Shown here piece by piece: positions 55,213 through 64,000 of a DNA stretch of 64,000 nucleotides (its first letter is position 1; the number at the start of each line of letters is the position of its first letter). This DNA is from Prochloron didemni P4-Papua_New_Guinea. Its GTDB lineage: Bacteria > Cyanobacteriota > Cyanobacteriia > Cyanobacteriales > Prochloraceae. The notes under the pieces were generated by a model. The model did not search any database and was not told where the DNA came from. It worked only from the letters and a program-made list of their open reading frames with translations. The position numbers were made by a program, and so were the translations under genes. The DNA lies in NCBI GenBank assembly GCA_000252485.1, contig JH610785.1:164-64163 (forward strand), given 5' to 3'.

Positions 55213-55815
55213 TGTGCGTTGGGGTCAAATTGTCCATGGTTGGCTATGTACTCTATCGATATAGTTTGAGGGCAAAGGAAAAAAGCTGTTGTCAACTGAT
55301 GTGGTCAATTGATAACAACTGGATATTTCTGGAGTTGGGGTCAAGTTGTCTATGGTTGGCTATCTACTCTATCGATATAGTTTGAGGGCAAAGGAAAAAA
55401 GCTGTTGTCAACTGATGTGGTCAATTGATAACAACTGGATATTTCTGGGGGCCAAGTTGTCCATGGTTGGCCATTTACTCTATCGATATAGTTTGAGGGC
55501 AAAGGAAAAAAGCTGTTGTCAACTGGTGTGGTTAGTTGGTCACAACTGGATATTTCTGGGGGTCAAGTTGTCTATGGTTAGCTATCTACTCTATCGATAT
55601 AGTTTGAGAGCAAAGGGAAAAAGCTGTTGTCAACTGGTGTGGTCAATTGATAACAACTGGATATTTCTGGGGTTGGGGCCAAGTTGTCTATGGTTGGCTA
55701 TCTACTCTATCGATATAGTTTTAGGGCAGAGAAAAAAAGGTTATATCATCTGCTGCGCCGTAACGCACTAGCCGAGATTTAGCTGGAGTTATATTTTAGT
55801 TTCTGAACTATTTAT
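55213..55815. repeat. satellite of ~111-116-bp units, 4 full copies plus a divergent terminal unit
   Basis: Units start near 55226, 55341, 55451, 55562 and 55678. Each contains TATCGATA and an imperfect palindrome GTTGTCAACTGATGTGGTCAATTGATAACAAC. Confidence 0.9.
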
Positions 55816-55825
55816 CGATTTTTCT

Positions 55826-56293
55826 TTATTCATTTGATAAGCAGTTGGGATTGAGAGTTTCTTCTGAAGTAAAAGGAGATTCTATGGGAAAAGTTGCAAG
55901 AGGTAAATCAGTTTCATCAGCAGCTTGTTCTCTAGCATCAAGATAGCATTCTTTAAAGACAGTCGCAAAATATGCTTTTAAACTGGGGCTATCTTGAAAA
56001 GCTTTTCTTAATCTCCGACGATGTTCTCTAATAGTTGACTTCCAACTATTGCTGGGTTTTTCTGGTTGATATTTCCATTTTAGTAAGTGCATGAGAAGAA
56101 CAACTAAATTGCTTTCAATCGCTCTTTTTTCACTTCTTCCCATGTCTTGAATTTCTTCAACTAAGTTGATTGTATCTATTTGTTCTAACTTTCTCTCATT
56201 TAAGAGTTTCGCTGTTTCTTCCAACCAAAGATAATAGTCTTGGTTATAAAGGTTTTTAAGTTGATTGTTGGTATTAGATAAGGTCTTTGTCAT
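55826..56293 (-). CDS. DUF29-family protein
   Basis: LY.QDYYLWLEETAKLL......QIDT.NLVEEIQDMGRSEKRA..S.L.VLL.HLLKW.YQPE is the hallmark DUF29 sequence. Start at the Met at 56293. Confidence 0.7.
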   Translation of the reverse strand: MTKTLSNTNNQLKNLYNQDYYLWLEETAKLLNERKLEQIDTINLVEEIQDMGRSEKRAIESNLVVLLMHLLKWKYQPEKPSNSWKSTIREHRRRLRKAFQDSPSLKAYFATVFKECYLDAREQAADETDLPLATFPIESPFTSEETLNPNCLSNE

Positions 56294-56769
56294 AGTGATC
56301 GCGATCGCTCTCATTCGATCTATAGCAGTTGACAGTTGATAGTGGACAGTTGATAGTTATACAGCTTGCGGTGCAGTTCGACTACCCTTCGACTACGCGG
56401 TCCCTGAGCGTAGCCGAAGGGCAGGGCGAGCGCTCACTGACCGCGGAGCCGAACTGCTCTCCAAGGTTGCTCTGAGGAAATAGTAAACACTAAAAGGGCC
56501 AGTATATATAGCATTTCTCATACTTGTGAGGTACAGAAAAATAGGTTTGGAAGCAGTCCGCAGGTTTATAGGTGTACCTCATGACCAAGGAACCCTATAA
56601 TTTAAACTAAATCTGAATCAAAAAAATCTGAAAAAATGAATCACCCATCAATTTTATAGCGCTTCGCTCCTAAAGTGTCGTTACATGCTACATTTTGTAA
56701 ACAAGAAATGCTGCATCGGCTGCATCACCTTTGTACAAAGCGAAAGGGGCATTTTTCCTGCACGAACTC

Positions 56770-56933
56770 TTAATTGCCTGCACTGCCCTTCGACTTCGCG
56801 GTCACAGAGGGTCGCCGAAGTGCAGGGACCGCTACGCGAGAGTGTTCATTGTTAATTGCCTGCACTGCCCTTCGACTTCGCGGTCACAGAGGGTCGCCGA
56901 AGTGCAGGGACCGCTACGCGAGAGTGTTCATTG
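56770..56933. repeat. 2 x 82-bp tandem repeat containing CTTCGACTTCGCGGTC-type hairpin arms
   Basis: 56770-56851 and 56852-56933 are nearly identical. Located just 3' of the str operon. Confidence 0.9.
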
Positions 56934-56975
56934 GGAATTGCTATAGTGGTGCGTTACGAACGCACCCTACAAGCG

Positions 56976-57293
56976 TTAAAGTTTTACTTCAATATCAACT
57001 CCCGCAGGTAAATCTAATTTCATCAACGCATCAATTGTCTTCGAGGAAGGTTGATAAATATCGATAATTCTACGATGGGTACGAGTTTCAAAATGCTCTC
57101 GGGAATCTTTATCTACGTGGGGAGAACGCAAAAGACAATAAATTTTTCGCTTGGTAGGTAAAGGGATAGGACCGATGGCTGTAGCGTTAGTTCTGTTGGC
57201 CGTATCCACAATTTTAGTACAAGATGTGTCTAGTAAGCGGCGGTCAAAAGCTTTGAGACGAATGCGAATTTTATTTTGCTGAATTGTTGCCAT
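56976..57293 (-). CDS. rpsJ: 30S ribosomal protein S10
   Basis: [12 protein letters not shown]......V..A.......[30 protein letters not shown]. Confidence 0.95.
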   Translation of the reverse strand: MATIQQNKIRIRLKAFDRRLLDTSCTKIVDTANRTNATAIGPIPLPTKRKIYCLLRSPHVDKDSREHFETRTHRRIIDIYQPSSKTIDALMKLDLPAGVDIEVKL

Positions 57294-57384
57294 TTTTAGT
57301 TGTCAAGGTTCAGTAATTAATTGGATGGACAAAAATCAAAAGAGCAGATAATTTCAATTTATCTGCTCCCTTTATTGTTCAGTT

Positions 57385-58614
57385 CTACTTTAAGATTTTC
57401 GAGACTACACCAGAACCGATAGTGCGTCCTCCTTCCCGAATCGCAAAGCGCATACCTTGCTCGATCGCGATAGGATTAATCAACTCTACAGTCATTTTAA
57501 TCCGATCTCCGGGCATCACCATTTCCGCCGAAGAACCATCATCTGCAGTGAAGGAGGTAATGATTCCGGTAACATCTGTGGTACGGACGTAGAACTGAGG
57601 GCGGTAGTTGGGGAAGAAGGGGGTGTGCCGACCACCTTCATCTTTAGTCAAGACATAAACTTCCCCCTCGAAGTTTGTATGAGGACTGATAGCTCCAGGC
57701 TTGGAAAGTACCATTCCTCGCTCAATTTCCTCTTTGCCAACTCCACGGAGCAGAACCCCTACGTTGTCCCCTGCCATACCTTCTTCCAGACTCTTCTGGA
57801 ACATTTCTACCCCAGTCACGGTAGTGGTTTTTGTGTCTTTAATGCCGACGATTTCAATGGTATCGCCAATTTTTACTTTACCCCGCTCGATTCGGCCAGT
57901 AGCTACAGTTCCTCGACCAGTGATGGAGAAAACATCTTCTACTGCCATCAAGAAAGGCTTGTCCAGTTCCCGTTCTGGAGTGGGAATGAAAGAATCTACA
58001 TTCTCCATCAGTTGGTAAATTTTATCGATCCACTCATTTTCTCCCCGCTTAATGTTCGGGTTCTCAGCCAAGGCTTCTACGGCCATGAGAGCAGAACCTG
58101 AAACGATAGGAATGTCATCGCCAGGGAAGTTATATTCACTGAGCAACTCGCGAACTTCCAGTTCCACCAACTCTAGCAGTTCCTCATCATCTACTTGGTC
58201 TTGCTTGTTTAAGAAGACTACCAGACTTGGTACTCCTACCTGCCTTGCTAGCAGGATATGTTCCCGAGTTTGAGGCATGGGTCCGTCAGCAGCGGAAACT
58301 ACCAGAATACCACCATCCATCTGGGCCGCTCCGGTAATCATGTTCTTGACGTAGTCAGCATGTCCGGGGCAGTCCACGTGAGCGTAGTGGCGATTATCCG
58401 TTTCATACTCCACGTGAGCGGTGTTGATGGTGATACCCCGCGCTTTTTCTTCTGGAGCAGCATCAATTTCTTCATAGTTCCGGGCTTTTGCCTTTCCTAG
58501 AGCTGCTAGGGTCAAGGTAATAGCTGCGGTTAAAGTAGTTTTGCCGTGGTCTACGTGACCGATGGTGCCGATGTTAGCGTGGTCTTTCGTCCTTTCAAAT
58601 TTTGCGCGTGCCAT
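57385..58614 (-). CDS. tuf: translation elongation factor Tu
   Basis: [41 protein letters not shown] and NKQD. Confidence 0.98.
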   Translation of the reverse strand: MARAKFERTKDHANIGTIGHVDHGKTTLTAAITLTLAALGKAKARNYEEIDAAPEEKARGITINTAHVEYETDNRHYAHVDCPGHADYVKNMITGAAQMDGGILVVSAADGPMPQTREHILLARQVGVPSLVVFLNKQDQVDDEELLELVELEVRELLSEYNFPGDDIPIVSGSALMAVEALAENPNIKRGENEWIDKIYQLMENVDSFIPTPERELDKPFLMAVEDVFSITGRGTVATGRIERGKVKIGDTIEIVGIKDTKTTTVTGVEMFQKSLEEGMAGDNVGVLLRGVGKEEIERGMVLSKPGAISPHTNFEGEVYVLTKDEGGRHTPFFPNYRPQFYVRTTDVTGIITSFTADDGSSAEMVMPGDRIKMTVELINPIAIEQGMRFAIREGGRTIGSGVVSKILK

Positions 58615-58815
58615 GAATTAATTGTTCCTTTCAATTATCAATTATCAATTATCAATGAATCCAAGGGATTCCAAAAGAGGATTTGAATAGGAAATATTTT
58701 GGTTTTTGCCCCTTGTTAATTGGGGCCCTCGATCTACAAATATTTCCCCCACATTGACAATTATTGATTAAGTTGTTTATTGCACAGACTTCCACTACGT
58801 GGCACAGGCATCTTG

Positions 58816-58875
58816 CCTGTGATATCAGCCTGTGATATAAGCCTGTGATATCAGCCTGTGATCTAAGCCTGTGGT
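58816..58875. repeat. 13-nt tandem repeat (CCTGTGATATCAG-like, ~4.6 copies) in the fusA-tuf spacer
   Basis: Read directly. Preceded by the GTGGCACAGGCATCTTGCCTGTGA hairpin motif, which is also seen at 31612-31635 and 61215-61262. Confidence 0.9.
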
Positions 58876-58970
58876 GGTAATTTGGTCAGGGGTGGAGATG
58901 GAGAACCTACAATAGCTCTCCATTTCTCCGTGCCAACCAAACATTAGGATATAACGCAATCCACTAGATT

Positions 58971-61046
<2,076 letters not shown>

Positions 61047-61262
61047 TGCTACCTCCTTCGGGAAAGCGCTCCCTTCTATTAGTTATTATTTCTTGACACT
61101 CTGAAACAATTCTACACTTTTTATTGCGCAAATTGCCACTAAGCTTTTAGGTTTTGACTAAATGCTTATCTAAAGTTATGCAGCGACGCTGGAGGTTTTT
61201 CCGTGCCTAAGCTTTTCCTTGTGGCACAGGCGAATTGCCTGTGAGGCGAATTACCTGTGGGT

Positions 61263-61733
61263 TTAATATCTGTAGTGAGCGAAAGCTTTGTTTGCTTCTG
61301 CCATTTTGTGGGTTTCTTCCCGTTTGCGAATTGCTCCTCCAGTTTCGTTGGCTGCATCCATAATTTCGTTGGCCAACTTACTGGCCATGTTCTTCCCGTT
61401 TCTCGCTCTGGAGAATCTTACTAACCAGCGTAGGGCTAAGGTTGTTCCCCTACCTTGACGTACTTCCATGGGTACTTGATAGGTTGCACCACCCACCCTG
61501 CGGGCTTTTACTTCTACTAAAGGAGTGAGATTTTTAATCGCTTTTTCAAATACGTCCAGGGGTTCGCTACCTGTCCGTTCCCCGATGGTGGTGAAGGCAT
61601 CGTAGAGTATTCGAGACGCGAGGGATTTTTTGCCACTTTTCATTAAGCGCCTAATGGTCATACTGACTAGGCGACTGTTGTACATGGGGTCGGGAGGAAT
61701 GGTGCGTTTTTTTCTCAGGGAACGACGGGACAT
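61263..61733 (-). CDS. rpsG: 30S ribosomal protein S7
   Basis: MSRR......R....DP.YNS.LV......LM..GKKS.A..I.Y.AF. Confidence 0.95.
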   Translation of the reverse strand: MSRRSLRKKRTIPPDPMYNSRLVSMTIRRLMKSGKKSLASRILYDAFTTIGERTGSEPLDVFEKAIKNLTPLVEVKARRVGGATYQVPMEVRQGRGTTLALRWLVRFSRARNGKNMASKLANEIMDAANETGGAIRKREETHKMAEANKAFAHYRY

Positions 61734-61803
61734 GGTTATTCTTTCTCTCTAAAATTCTTAGGGCAACAATTTGACTATTCAAGAGGGTGCTGTTCTGTTT
61801 TCT

Positions 61804-62178
61804 TTATTCTTTAGGGCGCTTGGCTCCATATTTAGAACGACCCTGACGGCGGTCTTTTACCCCAGTTGCATCGAGGGTTCCGCGAATAATGTGATACCTT
61901 ACTCCAGGCAAATCTTTTACTCTCCCGCCGCGAATCAATACTACGGAGTGTTCCTGAAGGTTATGGCCAATGCCGGGGATATAGGCGGTCACTTCAAACC
62001 CGGAAGTCAGTCTGACCCGCGCTACTTTCCGCAGTGCCGAGTTAGGCTTTTTCGGTGTGGTGGTGTATACTCGTGTGCAAACTCCTCGGCGCTGGGGACA
62101 TTCTTTGAGCGCCGGAGATTTGGTTTTCTTTAGGGTTTTGGCGCGTTCTGCGCGGATCAGTTGCTGAATTGTGGGCAT
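61804..62178 (-). CDS. rpsL: 30S ribosomal protein S12
   Basis: [10 protein letters not shown]........[35 protein letters not shown]. Confidence 0.97.
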   Translation of the reverse strand: MPTIQQLIRAERAKTLKKTKSPALKECPQRRGVCTRVYTTTPKKPNSALRKVARVRLTSGFEVTAYIPGIGHNLQEHSVVLIRGGRVKDLPGVRYHIIRGTLDATGVKDRRQGRSKYGAKRPKE

Positions 62179-62354
62179 GAGTATTTGATTGCAGGTAACA
62201 ACCTGTTTTTTTCTGCAGTTATAATCGCTGACAAATTACCATCTTACCTCTAAGATTGAAAGTTTGTCAAGATATTGTGGCGGAAAAACTTGGAGTCTAG
62301 ATTCCGCTGTTCAATTAGTATATCCCAATTATACAAATATAATACAAAATCTGT

Positions 62355-62623
62355 CAATTTGGTAGGGTGCGGCACTGCCCACCACAAGTCTTGACGCTGT
62401 TTCCTAGATATTGCGGGGGTTTTGGCTGGTGGGTTAGGGCGATCGCTATAGCAATGAGCAATTAACAATTAACAATTAAGAGGTTGATAAGAAAAATACG
62501 CATGCTCTCTTTATATAAAGGTGATCCAGTCAATTTGGTAGGGTGGGCACTGCCCACCACAAGTCTTGGCGCTGTTTCCTAGATATTGCGGGGGTTTTGG
62601 CTGGTGGGTTAGGGCGATCGCTA
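62355..62623. repeat. two ~94-bp direct repeats (62355-62448, 62531-62623) flanking an ~82-bp copy of another dispersed repeat, upstream of rpsL
   Basis: CAATTTGGTAGGGTG(C)GGCACTGCCCACCACAAGTCTTG(A/G)CGCTGTTTCCTAGATATTGCGGGGGTTTTGGCTGGTGGGTTAGGGCGATCGCTA occurs twice. The middle piece matches the reverse complement of 49962-50047. Confidence 0.85.
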
Positions 62624-62739
62624 AAATCTAACCGTCAACAATTCCAGGGCAACACAATATACTACAAGCTTAATGCTTATTTTAAAAGGCTTCGTGGTAG
62701 AGCTATAATCAAACTCCCCACTTGTTTATTGTTAATTGT

Positions 62740-63072
62740 TCATTGTTCATGGTTAAAAGATTGACCACAGCTACAGGTGGAGGTAGCATTGGGATTGCGA
62801 AAGCGAAAGCCACCTCCCATTAAATCTTCCGAATAATCTAATTGCAGATTTTGCAGTTTAGAGTAGCTTTGAGAGTCAATAATAATCTTGATGTGGTTGT
62901 GGTCCAAGAGGTTGTCTCCTTCCTCTTGTTTTGTTTCCAGTTGCAGGGTATATAATAAGCCAGAGCAACCACCTGGTTTGATTCCTAGACGGAGGTAGCT
63001 GTCAGGTTGATTTCCACTGGACTGCAAGCGTTTGATTTCGCTGGCAGCAGCTTCACTTATTTGGATGGTCAT
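62740..63072 (-). CDS. HesB/IscA-family iron-sulfur cluster insertion protein
   Basis: I.ISEAAA.EIKRL......YLRLGIKPGGCSGL.Y.L......D........I.I..D......L....LDY.EDLMGGGF.F.NPNA...CSCG.SF. Confidence 0.9.
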   Translation of the reverse strand: MTIQISEAAASEIKRLQSSGNQPDSYLRLGIKPGGCSGLLYTLQLETKQEEGDNLLDHNHIKIIIDSQSYSKLQNLQLDYSEDLMGGGFRFRNPNATSTCSCGQSFNHEQ

Positions 63073-63473
63073 TGGCGAGAGTAATCATCGAGTTCGCGTA
63101 CTATATCATCTTCTCCTAAATATTCCCCATTTTGCACTTCGATTAAGATTAATTCAATTGCTCCTGGATTTTCTAGTCGATGGGGGGTACATGGGGGTAC
63201 GTAGGTGGATTTGTTCACCCCTAGAATTTCTTCTTTGTCGCCGCAAACTATTTTGGCAGTTCCAGAAACTACGATCCAGTGTTCGCTGCGATGATAGTGC
63301 ATTTGCAGGCTAAGGCGGTGACCCGGTTTGACTTGAATTCTCTTGATTTTATATCCGTTTCCTTCTTCTAAAACGGTAAATGCTCCCCAAGGACGTATTT
63401 CTGTGGCTGCTGTTAGTTTGGCTTGGGGAAAAGCAATGGTTGGGGTTTCGGTGGCTTGGGCAGACTGAATCAT
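63069..63473 (-). CDS. cupin-domain protein (type II phosphomannose isomerase C-terminal domain-like)
   Basis: RPWGAF.VLEEG.GYKIKRI.VKPG.RLSLQMH.HRSEHWIVVSGTA.I....E. Start placed at the Met at 63473. Overlaps the stop of the downstream gene by 4 nt. Confidence 0.75.
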   Translation of the reverse strand: MIQSAQATETPTIAFPQAKLTAATEIRPWGAFTVLEEGNGYKIKRIQVKPGHRLSLQMHYHRSEHWIVVSGTAKIVCGDKEEILGVNKSTYVPPCTPHRLENPGAIELILIEVQNGEYLGEDDIVRELDDYSRQ

Positions 63474-64000
63474 GTGTTTCCAGTATCTACTTTTACAGTT
63501 GGGGTCTAGCTTTTTAGCCCTGCTCAAAGATAACAAATGATTTTCTCAATTGGCCATTTATTGATAGCTACTGAGGTACGTTCCACGCTTTGCAGAGAGG
63601 TTCGTCGAACTGCCCCCAAATAAAAATGAGAAACTTCACGTGGGGGCCTTATCGCAGTGAAAGATTATGTCATATTATAGCGCAAGGGAGTGTTGGCCAA
63701 CCTTCCGATTTACGCTAAAATAAACGAAGAAATGTTTCTAGGTCGCGTATTGTTTAGTTTTTGATAGTGGGATTTGATTGAGTTTTCTTAAAGTCGGGGA
63801 GTATCAAAATGGTATAAATTAAAATAGTTTAAACCGTCGATTAATACGATCGCAGGTGAGTTTAAGAAGTTAAAGGCTCTTGAAGATGAGATGATGACCG
63901 CTCTGAAAGAGTTAGAGAATATCTTGGCTAATTAATGGATAAACAATTTGTTTTTCTAAAAATCAAAAAAATTGTTGCTAACTATCCTCTGATGGAATGC

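Noticed and set aside
55346-55771. 141-aa ORF with periodic MVGYLLYRYSLRAKEKSCCQL units
   Set aside because: It is the translation of the 111-bp satellite. The periodicity equals the DNA repeat, so it is not a gene.
58816-58875. Possible CRISPR array (also considered for the heptamer arrays and the 111-bp satellite)
   Set aside because: The repeats are directly abutting with no unique spacers. Unit sizes of 7, 13 or 111 nt are outside the CRISPR range, and no cas genes are nearby. IscB here has no associated array.
63935-64000. Partial ORF MDKQFVFLKIKKIVANYPLMEC.. at the window edge, preceded by a short frame ending ..FKKLKALEDEMMTALKELENILAN*
   Set aside because: It is too short to classify. 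It could be the start of a small TA-type gene pair, but nothing can be verified from 22 codons.

Overview
Chromosomal segment from a repeat-rich, probably filamentous cyanobacterium. Supporting signs are frequent GCGATCGC (HIP1) sites, STRR-like heptamer arrays, two xisH/xisI pairs and DUF29/DUF4058-type genes. Core genes are rpsB-tsf, recG, rsmI, tRNA-Lys(UUU), a phosphohexomutase and the str operon (rpsL-rpsG-fusA-tuf-rpsJ). Between them are accessory blocks. (1) 16.6-18.9 kb: an intact IscB-type RuvC/HNH nuclease (Cas9-ancestor, IS200/IS605 OMEGA class). It is preceded by a 287-nt ORF-free, hairpin-rich candidate omega-RNA region and by two unexplained 223-bp direct repeats, all just downstream of tRNA-Lys, with no tnpA. 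This is the most interesting locus. (2) 25.5-31.6 kb: a CHAT-protease/P-loop NTPase/TPR (STAND-like) gene whose TPR tail is broken by three identical 23-nt micro-insertions at HIP1 sites, next to hicAB, a HicB-like gene, a retropepsin-like protease and a Nudix gene. (3) 32.3-34.4 kb: a flagellum-independent MotA/MotB-like stator pair with coiled-coil extensions. (4) 35.2-44.1 kb: a visibly more GC-rich pflB-pflA-adhE-(ADP-forming acetyl-CoA synthetase+GNAT) fermentation block. It is bounded by a ParB-like fragment on one side and by two IS elements on the other (a decayed DDE_Tnp_4-type and a frameshifted IS4-type). (5) 51.2-55.8 kb: a group II intron with an RT/maturase/HNH ORF and an intact domain V, sitting between a 17-copy heptamer array and a 111-bp satellite. 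The window is saturated with several families of MITE-like and hairpin repeats. Some of these supply gene termini or disrupt genes. All protein calls rest on motif recognition by eye; no database search was possible.
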